Source: a virus
Lineage: Duplodnaviria; Caudoviricetes
Direction: 5' to 3' (one strand)
IMG/VR virus record: IMGVR_UViG_3300032235_000202
Location: 1-41,655 of that record
DNA length: 41,655 bases
Part shown: positions 1 through 9,721 of the stretch, piece by piece
How the letters are laid out: each line of letters begins with the position of its first letter
How positions within the stretch are numbered: position 1 is the stretch's first letter
Made by a program: the position numbers and the translations under genes
Notes under the pieces: generated by a model
The model's database searches: none
What the model was told of the DNA's origin: nothing
The model's input: only the letters and a program-made list of their open reading frames with translations

Positions 1-1485
1 AGGACTTTGTGCAGCCACGTCATGCAGCTCATCCATCTCGTAGCCGTTCTGTATCCGAACCTCAATCCTACCTTGGTTCGGATGTGAACGTGTTACCACA
101 CCAATGTAAACAAGATGATTCGGGGCGTACTGCTTAGTACTTGTATAACCCCCTGCCGTTGTTGCACTTAAATACAACTGCGACCCCTCTGCAAATGCTG
201 ATGTATTCAACCCATCCAAGTCACCAAAGGCTACTAAATAGCCATTACTGTTATTTGATATATCCGCTTGAATAAGTCCAAATGTCTGTGCAGATGTCGC
301 ATCTCCCGTTGCTAATGCCTTTGCTACCGTTGGTCTGCTTCCAACCGCACCATTAATGTAACAAACAGTTCCTTTGGTAAGCGTCGCACCCGTGTTGTTT
401 CTAACCTCACGAACAAGAGTACCCGCTTGTCCCGTAATCGGAAACGCCACCAATGACCCATCACCTGCAATGTATTGTGTTGTATCTCCCGTTGCCGTTA
501 CCGCAAGTGTTCCCGAACTCGTTATAGGCGAATTGGCGACACTAAATGCACTCGGCATAGTTAATCCTACCGATGTGACCGTACCGCTTGGAATGGCAGG
601 AAACGTAGCCAATGAACCATCACCACGGATGTACTGAGATGTTGTACCAGTTGGGTTGTTGTATTTGGCGTTTAACGCATTCTGCAAATCCGTTTGGTTG
701 CTCAACGTGCCTGTAATACTTCCCCACGTTCCACCTGTTGCTGTTCCGTTCTGCCACAAACCAGTTGCTGAGTTGTAGTACAGGACCTGATTGTTAAGGA
801 GTGGGCCTAGGCTTACATCAACAAGGTCATCCAAGCTATTTACTGCTGGAAGTATGGATGTATTTGGGTCAAATATTACCACATCTACAATGTCACCAAC
901 TGAGCATGCATCATTGAGTGTAATCTGGTACTCTCCCATTGTTGTATACGAAGAAGAGTTAAGCTTTACACCGTTTAGGTATATGTCAAAAAGACCTGCA
1001 TCAAAAGGGAATGATGTAGTAAACACAGTCTGCCCAGCTGTTGCCACGAATGCCTGTGAGTTTCTTACGGCAGAACCGGGACCTACATTAATCCACTGAC
1101 CAGTAGCTGCGTTATACCTCAGCAGTTGGTTGTCTAGAAGATTAGTTATAGTTACATCTGTGAGGTCGTTTAGTTCTGAGCCGGGGAGAAGAACTGGTAT
1201 GTTCAGCAGCGCAGCATCAGCATAGATAGGATTCAGTTCTCCGTAGTCGTATGCGGATATCTTAGCAGCTAGTCTCTCAACAACTTTATCTAGCTTCTCT
1301 GTGCCTAGAAATAGGTCGTCAGCGTACTCAACTGATTTCTTGTATACGAATATGATATCCCGCTCATAGTCGAGCGCCTCGTTATCTTCTGCGAACATAT
1401 TCTCGTAGGCAATCTGGCCTATCTTGTACATAGTCCTGTCTGCCTTTAGCAGTATCGTACCTATTTGCGGTGCTGTGTATGCCAT
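1..1485 (-). CDS. Tail fibre / receptor-binding protein (partial, runs off the window)
   Basis: Absent from the ORF track because it has no stop in the window. ATG at 1485 opens 495 codons (MAYTAPQIG...MDELHDVAAQSP). It has fibre-type repeats LNDLTDV..LRYNAATGQWIN / LDDLVDV..LYYNSATGLWQNG and two TGxTxQYIxGDGSLxxFP repeats, and is Gly/Thr/Ser rich. Confidence 0.75.
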   Translation of the reverse strand, partial: MAYTAPQIGTILLKADRTMYKIGQIAYENMFAEDNEALDYERDIIFVYKKSVEYADDLFLGTEKLDKVVERLAAKISAYDYGELNPIYADAALLNIPVLLPGSELNDLTDVTITNLLDNQLLRYNAATGQWINVGPGSAVRNSQAFVATAGQTVFTTSFPFDAGLFDIYLNGVKLNSSSYTTMGEYQITLNDACSVGDIVDVVIFDPNTSILPAVNSLDDLVDVSLGPLLNNQVLYYNSATGLWQNGTATGGTWGSITGTLSNQTDLQNALNAKYNNPTGTTSQYIRGDGSLATFPAIPSGTVTSVGLTMPSAFSVANSPITSSGTLAVTATGDTTQYIAGDGSLVAFPITGQAGTLVREVRNNTGATLTKGTVCYINGAVGSRPTVAKALATGDATSAQTFGLIQADISNNSNGYLVAFGDLDGLNTSAFAEGSQLYLSATTAGGYTSTKQYAPNHLVYIGVVTRSHPNQGRIEVRIQNGYEMDELHDVAAQSP

Positions 1486-1486
1486 G

Positions 1487-2017
1487 TTAGTACCCTAATG
1501 TGAGGTTATCTACAATATATTTAGCCCTGTCTAGTGATGCCTGTGATGCTTGAAAGTCATCATCTATGGCAGCCTTCTGTGCTGACTCCTTCTCTATCCA
1601 GAGCCTCATAACATCCTTTACGTACTTGTAGTTCTTCTCCAGTGACGGATTGATTGCCATGTTGTACGAGAATGTATAGAATCCACTCATGGTGTAGCAG
1701 ATGAGTACAGCTGCATCAGTCTTGGTGTATACCGAACCGGGCTGAGGTGCGCTTGACGTGTGAGCCAAGGTTACCTCGTATGAGTAGTCTTTGTCTATTG
1801 CCGTAAACTCTATGGAGTTACCGCTTGCAAACGGCCATACATAAGCGTTGTAGACGGTAGCACCTACTGTTAGGTAGGTTCCGTCAGACTTCTGTATGGT
1901 TAGTCTTCTGGCCGTAAATGTGCCAGTTCCCTCTGTGGCGTATGAGGAAGTGTCGTTTACGGTAAACTTCGTACAGTCTCCTGTCTGGGTTACCGAAAAT
2001 GCTGTAATAAAAGGCAT
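1487..2017 (-). CDS. Putative virion structural protein (tail-associated)
   Basis: 176 aa, beta-rich N-terminus and helical C-terminus; directly upstream of the fibre gene, with its own promoter element. Confidence 0.5.
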   Translation of the reverse strand: MPFITAFSVTQTGDCTKFTVNDTSSYATEGTGTFTARRLTIQKSDGTYLTVGATVYNAYVWPFASGNSIEFTAIDKDYSYEVTLAHTSSAPQPGSVYTKTDAAVLICYTMSGFYTFSYNMAINPSLEKNYKYVKDVMRLWIEKESAQKAAIDDDFQASQASLDRAKYIVDNLTLGY

Positions 2018-2032
2018 ATAGTTCTATTTATG

Positions 2033-2040
2033 CAAATATA
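2033..2040 (-). promoter_or_regulatory. Bacteroidota -7 promoter element TATATTTG
   Basis: Matches TAnnTTTG, intergenic, 15 nt upstream of the ATG at 2017. Confidence 0.6.
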
Positions 2041-2044
2041 CCAA

Positions 2045-5000
2045 TTATCTCCTGATGTATGCCTCATCTGGATAGTCGTAGTTTCCATGAATAATAGATA
2101 GCATCTCATACTTGCCACGATTATTACCAAGCTTAGCATTATATAATATAGTATTAAGCTTTCCAGCATCTACTCCTCCAGCCTTAGCAGCCTCGTAGTA
2201 GCCATGAATATCACGAAGAACATTCTTGTATCCATCTAAGGCCATTTGGTATCGTTGTTCTTTTTCAGCATCGGATACATACTTAGAGTTTTTTACTTCT
2301 CTGTATATGTCTTCTGCAATGTCAAGTCTCTCCTTAAACCCAGTATCTCCTGTATTTTTCTCTCCCGGTGTTGCGTACACATATCTAATAAATGCCTTCT
2401 CCAAAGGAACCTCATAAGTCCTAGCCAATTGATTGAGGATTTCTGAATTAACTCCTTCTGCATCACCTTGATTATGAAAATTGTACATTTTATACATAGA
2501 GTTTACGGCTCCCGGAGAAACTCTCTTAAGTATATATCCACCAACGTCCATTGCATTAGACTTGAATGACGGATTCTCTGGGTTTACTATTTTTTCTCCA
2601 AATTCGTCTTTATTATTAAGCAGGTTCAAGAATGTGGTAGCTGCCATATCTGGAGAGATAAACGGTATAACTGCCTTTCCAAGAGTCTTAGCCATCGACT
2701 TAAAGAAACCTTCCTTATCAGATAAATTGCTCCAGAATGTACTCCAAACCTCCCTTTGATACTTATACGGGTCCCTAGCTCCAATGTCTACATAAACCAA
2801 CTTACCGTCTGAAAATTGAGTTCTTATATCAACACTTTCTTTATTCCAAGGAGCCTTATACATTTTAGCATAATTCCTCTTTTTTATCTCTTCTTCATCA
2901 TCAAATAAATATCCAACCATACCGCTGAGACCTTGTCCAAGAGCCATGAGTCCGTAGATTTGAATTACACGAATCATTCCATTATAGATTATGGTTCCAA
3001 CAAGTCTATTTCTACCTATTGCCTTAATCTTTGGGTTCTTGCTTTTCATCTCCTTTCTAGCTTGAGATAGCGTGTTGTATGATGTTCTTACAGCTTCTAC
3101 TGGAAAGCTTAAGAAATCTCCCAATGCGTATACCTTACTTAATTTCTTTACAAAGGTTGGCACACGACTAAATGTAGGGTAGTTGCTTTTGACTAGCTCA
3201 GATGCATGCTTTATAATTTCAACTCTCTGTTGAGGCTCAAGGTCTTCAAACTCTTTTCCATATTCTGCAACTGAGTAAAGATTAGCTTCACTAACAAATC
3301 CAAGTATTTTAAATATATCATCTTCCCAAGCGTACGCCTTTTCCATAGCACGAGGAATCTTATTTATATCTCTTTTTCTATCGCTTAGAAACTTCTTTGT
3401 CTTGCCATATGTTCCTGATATCGTATACTTTTTTGATGTATCGTTTATGCTTGCAAGCATAGACTCTACATCCTCAAACTTATTAAAGTACTGCTTAATC
3501 TCACCAGTACCTACATTATTGTTGAGCACACCCTCACGGCGCAAAACATCTAGTAATGCATCTAACTTTTGCCTATTTCCTTTTTTTAAGTAGTTAAATG
3601 TTTTACCAATATACATCCAGTGTCCATTAACAATGGAGAATGCAAAACTTCCAAGAATATTTCCTACGTGAGTAGCAGGGTTGTATACAGTTTTGGATTT
3701 CCTTAGTATGCCAGCAATTTTTGAATAAACGTTTGCCTTTTCATTCTCTGCAAGTGTTAGCGCCTCCTTAATTTCTGGGAATGTATACAGCTCCCCAATC
3801 GGTTTTAAGCCCTTCGTCTTCTTTGCGTCTATCTGTACGGTAGCTTCCCCAGTTGGGCTTTTGAATAAAAATTTACCCATACCTTCTTCCCTTAGTTTAT
3901 TCAGGTAGTCTCTATGACTGGCTATATTCGCTAACTTAAATATGCTACCGTAATACTTATATATGGGGTCAGTAAACTCACCCATAAGCGCACGAATAGC
4001 TGGTGCTTCTTCTAGTAATTCGCTTCTTCTTGTTATTGATTTAGTGTTCACAGCTCCTTCTATCGGCCTTCCTCCAAACTTCATATCTTCGTCAGACAGG
4101 TGAAAATTGGCCTGTGATATAGCTTCTTGCTTTATCTCAGCATCAGTTAACTCTGGGCTATCTTTTTTTATTTTTTCTTCTAAAAACTTTAGTGCTGCAT
4201 CAAGCTTTGCTTGGTCTACGTTCTTTAGCTTCTTAACCACATTTTCTACAGTTACGGGTCCTCCTTTTACTGTAAAGAGTTCGTAAGAGCGAAGCATGTA
4301 CTTTCCCCTGTTGTTTAAATAAAGCTGCCTAGACTCCTTGTCTTCTATTACACCTAGGTCAATAATCCTATCTGTAAGTTTGTCAATGTGAGTCCTCATC
4401 TCTGACAGCTTGCTTGCTAAGTCCAAAGGAAGTTCAGCATCTGTCATATTTCCTGATAAAAAGTTCTCTACGTCCTGAGTAGTAATTACTCCTTTGTATT
4501 TCTGTATAAGCTCTGTAGCTTGATTAGTTAGCTTTTCTGCAGTCTTAACTTCAGCCGTAAGCTCGCCACCCATTTGGTCCTTGAATGTCCTGATAGCAGG
4601 GCCAAGAGGTCCTGCAGATGTAAACAGGTGGTCTATCTTAGCTTTTGCCTTGGATGAGATTACAGTCGTTCCTGCCACCTTTACAGGTTTTCTTGTCTCC
4701 TTAGTTGGAGTTTGTTTCTGGAATTGAATCCTGTCGTCCTGTGTGCTGAATGTACCTACGTTAGCTGTGGCAGATTTAATTTGATTCGGGGTAAATGCCA
4801 CATATACGGATAAACTGTCTGACACTTTCTCTATAACTCCATCCTTGCCCAGTATGCCAGCCACATCAGACATCATTTTGTCATAACTGGTTTCTTGGTT
4901 ATAAGACCTCTTAATGTTCTGGAGGACTTCTTTATCAAACCCCCTTACGCCAGACATGTCGTCTACGTACTTCTTAATCAGTTGCTCCTTTGAAAGACCT

Positions 5001-8000
5001 TCTGACTTTGTATAGAATGGTAGGTAGCTCTCATAGAACCACTTATTGTCTCCATTAGAGAACAATTTATAAGCCTGCTCCTTGGTGATATTACTAGACC
5101 TGTTGTCTACAACAAGAGGATTCTTTACACTGGTAAACACATTCATCGGCTTGCCGTATTGAGATGCAGCCTTCTTGTTGTCTGTCATGTAGAAGCCGGG
5201 ACCCTGTTGTGAGAGCCTAGATTCCCAAGACATTTTATTATACTCGAACTGGTCGAACTTAGCTTTAGTTCCGTGGAACAAAACTAGAGGCTCACCGTTC
5301 TCGTCCACCGCTTTAGATGCACTTTCAGGGTTAGCTTCCCAATCACCAAACCAAGCTTTAAACTCTGGAGTACGCACTTGCTCGTACTGCTTTGCATTGA
5401 GTTTGGATGGCTGACCGTTAGGTGCTACTCTTTGGAATTGTGGAACCCCTTTCACATCTGGAGTCTCAACCCTTTCAATCGGGCCCTTTGGATACATACT
5501 TCCAGCAACCATAAGAGATGCCTTCTTTGTATAAGGCTTTCCTTTTGCTGTGATAATATTCTCTGGTAAGAATAATTTATCTATAAGATATCCTCCATCT
5601 AGTATGAATGGGTCTTTACCGTAAAACTTAGCATTGAACTGAGGATGAATTATTCCATTTTCTTGTATATCAGTAGGTACAATTTTACCATCAGATAAAA
5701 ATCCATTTGTTACAAATCCCCAGTTTCCATTATCCATAAACTCTTTCACAATACCATTCTCACCTATCTCATAAAACAACTTTTCTTGATTCAATCCAAA
5801 CCTTTCCAAAAGCTGTTTGGCTATAAATTTATTAGGGTCCTTAGATATATATCCCGGCTGGTCTTTCATACCAGCACGAGTCGACTTTTTGACTATTCCT
5901 GCAAGCATGTTTGATACCAGAGCGTTCCTTGCCATAAAGTTGTTTCCTATATCCGTAAGTAATGTTTGAATCATATCATTCATAACATCCGGATTAGTCA
6001 TATCAGCTCCTCTGAACTTTTTTATAAACTCAGCATACTCTTTCTCACCAAATGCATTTTTTATTTCGACTATATCTTTCCCAAAAAACTCATTTTTGAA
6101 CTGTGATGTTCTAAGAATAGATTTCGGCAACTCAGATACGGCATCAAGCGTATACTCAAGGGAGTAGGCATTACCAAGCATACTTTCTGGAGCTTGTGTA
6201 GTAACAAGAACAACACCCTCTCCGTTTCTGTCAGGAAATAGTGTATTTAGTATCTTGGAAACCTGATTAGGCTTTTCTATTCTAGTTGACGCAAATCCAA
6301 TATTGCCATCTACGTTTGGCTTTAGTGCTGTATAATTAGGACCACCATACATGAAAATTTCTTTTCCGGAAGTCATTTTTAGTTTACCAACTTTTGTAGG
6401 GTCACTATTTATTGCCGTAGCTCTGCCACCGAATTCATTGTACACATCTTCCATGCTCTTGACTGGAAGCTTTACCAATTCTACTCCTTCGAAAGTTTGA
6501 GGCTTACTAAACTGAAGTGGGTTCGTATTGCTTACCTTAGATTGCTGAATACCATCTTCAGATATTCTACCAGATGCAGCAACAACTCCTTGATTTCCGG
6601 AATCAGCATAATTATCATTGATTACAAAACTTTCAAGCTCTGCTCTACTAATGTAATTTCCTTCCCTGAAGTTTTCCGTCACAAAGTTAGCAAGCTCTAT
6701 GAGGTCAGCTTCATTCTCGATATCCATGAGTTGAAGGTCAGACTTACCTATGCCAATCTTATTAAGCATATCGAGAATAAACTTCCTAATCACATCGAAG
6801 TTAGTAGGATTTACTACAATCCTGCCATCAGCTACTCCAGCAACAAAGTCTGTTATAGCTTCCTTCTTTTGAGTAACATCTCCATCATAGTTTGCCCTTG
6901 CTTGTGCTATTATTGGTGCTGCACCTTCTATAGACTCAAGCTGTGTGAACAAGTTATTTATGACCTCAGGGTTGTACCTCTCAAGGAAGTCAAGTATAGG
7001 ATGGAATCCTTCGTGCAGCATCGTATCGGATGCCAGATTATCCATGTTCAAGTGTATTGTTCCGTCAGTGCCGAGGTAGAATCCTCTGCTATCAGCGTCT
7101 TGTTGCTGTCCACCTGCAGCAAGCACGGCTTCAGTAAAAGTCGCTTTGTTGTGCAAGTTGACTACGGGCTTGTTTCCTGTCAAGTCTTGGACAGGTCTGA
7201 TTATAGAATCAACTACCCTAAGTGCATCCTTTACTACCTTTCTTTGAAGTCTGTTCAGCCCACTAGGTATCTTGTTTGGTTGGTCTGCTACTATCTTTCC
7301 AAAAGCTGGCTCAGTGGTTACGCTAGGTTCTGCTGTTGGTCTAGCGGTTGGTTCTGTTGGCTGAGCGGTTGGTTCTGCTGTCTCTTGCTGAGAAACTGTT
7401 GCATCAACTGGAGCTGCCTCTGCTTGGGCAGCAGCTTGAACTCTTGCGTTCTCGAGCTCTTGGGCGTGCTCTGATTCAAGGAAGGCTTCAAATTGTTCTT
7501 CATCTTTCAGTATTTCTTTTAGTTGTATTTGGTATGCCAAGTCTTGTGCAACCTGACCCCTGAACTTACGTCTCTTTCCGGCAGTTGTCTTCAAGACAAC
7601 ATTCATTACTTTGCCGTTCTTGTCGTAATTGATTGCGTCAGTTGGAGTTTCATTATCGTTAACCATGTCCTGACCTTCTACACGGAAACCTCTGGGAGTC
7701 TCTGTAACAAGAATCTCATCGGTTTCTATTCCGAATGTTTCAGGCAGCTCGTTCATGAGCTTGTTAACGTTTCCTATCTCTATAATTCTATTTGTGCCTA
7801 TTATCCTAGCCTCTACGGTTTGACCCTGTTGATAGATAATAGCTGGCTGTCCTTTAATTCTAACCTTCTTATTCAGCAGAGCTGTTACCGGGATGTCGTC
7901 CCCCTCTTCGCCGATGATATAGCGATAGCCAACATTTGCTTCATCGGTCTTTTGGTCTTCGACTTCTTGAGTTCCTTTAGGTTCGCTGATATCGCTGACT

Positions 8001-9706
8001 GCACTGCTTTCTTGGACTGGCTCTTCGCTTTTTTTAGTGGCATCTTGAATTGTTTTTTTAAGTTCGTATGTAGATTTCTTTATCTCAATAGGGTCCTCTC
8101 CTTCAAATTGCTTGAAGTACTTTCCCTTATCTTCAGTGTATGTAAATTTACCACCACTTGCATTCTCACGGATTTCGTCATTAATTAGCTCCTTAGCATC
8201 AGTTAATGTAGTCACCTCAGCTTCAACATCTGGCTTCATGGATTCATCAACCATTTCAAGCTCAGCCTGCCAGTTAGACATCTTCTCGTCTATACCGTTT
8301 CTCCTATCAATAAGGCTTATAATGTTAGACTTAGCCTCATCTGATATCGTAGCTGGTATTGTCTGCTTAATACTATTGTATTTGACAGCGCTCTGTCTCA
8401 TTGCGTCAATCTCTTCCTCGCTGGCATTTGACTTAGCCATAGACTCCTCAAGCTCAGATATTATACTGTTTAGCTCTGTTTCGTCTTTTGCATTGGCTAT
8501 TTCCTTGACAAGAGTGTTATCAACGTTGGACATCATGGTGGAAGATATTCCCATCGGTCCGCCAATAGCAAATCCAGCAGCTCCTGAATTTATTATGTTT
8601 TTAAAAAAATTCTTTTTAATATCTTCTTCGTCAAAAACTTGTTTATTTTGAACGGCATTTGTCAGTAACTTAGCAGCATCTTCCAAACCAGCTTGAGTGC
8701 CTTCTGTTAAGCTTTCAACACCAGCTGCATAAAGTGCTTTTGAAGTACGCCTTCCTATAGTTGATAGCTCCTTTTTAAGCATCTGCTCTCCAACCTTCTC
8801 TACCACATCCATGGTAACCTTAGTATTGGATTTAGCCACCTGCTTCAGCACATCTGCTGTAACTCTCTTCTTTACGGCATCAAATGCAGGACCTGTCCCG
8901 AATATCTTATCAAATGCAAGCTTTTCAAGTAAACCGTTAATAGTTCCAACTGTAAGTGCGTATGTCTGCTTTGCTAATCCATTCTCTTCTAGGCTTCCTT
9001 TTGCAACCATATCATTGTAATCCTGAAGACCACTTCCATATCCTTGAGCGAAATATGTTGAACCAGCGGGTACGCCAAGTGCCGTAGATGCAGCAGCTAT
9101 AGCCAAGTCTCCAACCACCCTACTGCCCATTAAACCAAGTGCTTTTAAATCTTTTGAACCAAATCCATCATATAAATCCCATCCACTTTGAATAGATTCT
9201 ACAACTCCTTCATCCTGAGTTTTTCTTGGTCTAGCTCCAGCAATTTCCATCGTAGTGCCTACTGCCTTTCTAATTGCTTGCTTTTCCTGAGGAGCTAGCT
9301 TTTTGCCAGACATGTATTGGTAAGCTCCTAAGAACGCTTCGTCACCAATATACATAAGCGGGTCTACTGCTGATACAAATGAGTCGTACAGAGCCCCAAT
9401 GTATGAACCGGATTTCTTTTTATCTTTTGATACAGCTTCGTCAAACCTATTTGCCTGCATTGTAGGAAGCTGCTCTTGGAATGTAGGAAGGGTTTGTGTA
9501 GGAGATTGAGCTGCTGGAATTGGTCCAGAAGGAGACATCTTTTTATTGAATTCATCAAATGTACCCAACTCATAATCTTTGCCAGCTGCATCGTAAAGAG
9601 CTTTTCGTTTTGTCTGGTCAGACATCTTAGTCTTGAACTCGTCAAAAGAACCCAAATCGTACTCACCCGATAACGCATCATAAAGCACTTTTACTTTGTC
9701 TGGCAT
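2045..9706 (-). CDS. Giant virion ejection / polyvalent protein with zincin metallopeptidase-like and ADP-ribosyltransferase-like domains
   Basis: 2553 aa. HEGFH zincin motif at nt 7001-7015 with a downstream EAITDF. ART-like block VRTPEFKAWFGDW..GEPLVLFHGT..GPGFYMT..YVAFTPNQIKSA at ~4726-5431. Located after the tail genes. Confidence 0.7.
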   Translation of the reverse strand: MPDKVKVLYDALSGEYDLGSFDEFKTKMSDQTKRKALYDAAGKDYELGTFDEFNKKMSPSGPIPAAQSPTQTLPTFQEQLPTMQANRFDEAVSKDKKKSGSYIGALYDSFVSAVDPLMYIGDEAFLGAYQYMSGKKLAPQEKQAIRKAVGTTMEIAGARPRKTQDEGVVESIQSGWDLYDGFGSKDLKALGLMGSRVVGDLAIAAASTALGVPAGSTYFAQGYGSGLQDYNDMVAKGSLEENGLAKQTYALTVGTINGLLEKLAFDKIFGTGPAFDAVKKRVTADVLKQVAKSNTKVTMDVVEKVGEQMLKKELSTIGRRTSKALYAAGVESLTEGTQAGLEDAAKLLTNAVQNKQVFDEEDIKKNFFKNIINSGAAGFAIGGPMGISSTMMSNVDNTLVKEIANAKDETELNSIISELEESMAKSNASEEEIDAMRQSAVKYNSIKQTIPATISDEAKSNIISLIDRRNGIDEKMSNWQAELEMVDESMKPDVEAEVTTLTDAKELINDEIRENASGGKFTYTEDKGKYFKQFEGEDPIEIKKSTYELKKTIQDATKKSEEPVQESSAVSDISEPKGTQEVEDQKTDEANVGYRYIIGEEGDDIPVTALLNKKVRIKGQPAIIYQQGQTVEARIIGTNRIIEIGNVNKLMNELPETFGIETDEILVTETPRGFRVEGQDMVNDNETPTDAINYDKNGKVMNVVLKTTAGKRRKFRGQVAQDLAYQIQLKEILKDEEQFEAFLESEHAQELENARVQAAAQAEAAPVDATVSQQETAEPTAQPTEPTARPTAEPSVTTEPAFGKIVADQPNKIPSGLNRLQRKVVKDALRVVDSIIRPVQDLTGNKPVVNLHNKATFTEAVLAAGGQQQDADSRGFYLGTDGTIHLNMDNLASDTMLHEGFHPILDFLERYNPEVINNLFTQLESIEGAAPIIAQARANYDGDVTQKKEAITDFVAGVADGRIVVNPTNFDVIRKFILDMLNKIGIGKSDLQLMDIENEADLIELANFVTENFREGNYISRAELESFVINDNYADSGNQGVVAASGRISEDGIQQSKVSNTNPLQFSKPQTFEGVELVKLPVKSMEDVYNEFGGRATAINSDPTKVGKLKMTSGKEIFMYGGPNYTALKPNVDGNIGFASTRIEKPNQVSKILNTLFPDRNGEGVVLVTTQAPESMLGNAYSLEYTLDAVSELPKSILRTSQFKNEFFGKDIVEIKNAFGEKEYAEFIKKFRGADMTNPDVMNDMIQTLLTDIGNNFMARNALVSNMLAGIVKKSTRAGMKDQPGYISKDPNKFIAKQLLERFGLNQEKLFYEIGENGIVKEFMDNGNWGFVTNGFLSDGKIVPTDIQENGIIHPQFNAKFYGKDPFILDGGYLIDKLFLPENIITAKGKPYTKKASLMVAGSMYPKGPIERVETPDVKGVPQFQRVAPNGQPSKLNAKQYEQVRTPEFKAWFGDWEANPESASKAVDENGEPLVLFHGTKAKFDQFEYNKMSWESRLSQQGPGFYMTDNKKAASQYGKPMNVFTSVKNPLVVDNRSSNITKEQAYKLFSNGDNKWFYESYLPFYTKSEGLSKEQLIKKYVDDMSGVRGFDKEVLQNIKRSYNQETSYDKMMSDVAGILGKDGVIEKVSDSLSVYVAFTPNQIKSATANVGTFSTQDDRIQFQKQTPTKETRKPVKVAGTTVISSKAKAKIDHLFTSAGPLGPAIRTFKDQMGGELTAEVKTAEKLTNQATELIQKYKGVITTQDVENFLSGNMTDAELPLDLASKLSEMRTHIDKLTDRIIDLGVIEDKESRQLYLNNRGKYMLRSYELFTVKGGPVTVENVVKKLKNVDQAKLDAALKFLEEKIKKDSPELTDAEIKQEAISQANFHLSDEDMKFGGRPIEGAVNTKSITRRSELLEEAPAIRALMGEFTDPIYKYYGSIFKLANIASHRDYLNKLREEGMGKFLFKSPTGEATVQIDAKKTKGLKPIGELYTFPEIKEALTLAENEKANVYSKIAGILRKSKTVYNPATHVGNILGSFAFSIVNGHWMYIGKTFNYLKKGNRQKLDALLDVLRREGVLNNNVGTGEIKQYFNKFEDVESMLASINDTSKKYTISGTYGKTKKFLSDRKRDINKIPRAMEKAYAWEDDIFKILGFVSEANLYSVAEYGKEFEDLEPQQRVEIIKHASELVKSNYPTFSRVPTFVKKLSKVYALGDFLSFPVEAVRTSYNTLSQARKEMKSKNPKIKAIGRNRLVGTIIYNGMIRVIQIYGLMALGQGLSGMVGYLFDDEEEIKKRNYAKMYKAPWNKESVDIRTQFSDGKLVYVDIGARDPYKYQREVWSTFWSNLSDKEGFFKSMAKTLGKAVIPFISPDMAATTFLNLLNNKDEFGEKIVNPENPSFKSNAMDVGGYILKRVSPGAVNSMYKMYNFHNQGDAEGVNSEILNQLARTYEVPLEKAFIRYVYATPGEKNTGDTGFKERLDIAEDIYREVKNSKYVSDAEKEQRYQMALDGYKNVLRDIHGYYEAAKAGGVDAGKLNTILYNAKLGNNRGKYEMLSIIHGNYDYPDEAYIRR

Positions 9707-9721
9707 CTTCTTAATTATTTA

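Noticed and set aside
7305-7385. DNA tandem repeats in the giant gene (also at 20680-20790 in the scaffold gene)
   Set aside because: Explained by Pro/Thr/Glu linker peptides; no template/variable repeat pair or reverse transcriptase to suggest a diversity-generating retroelement
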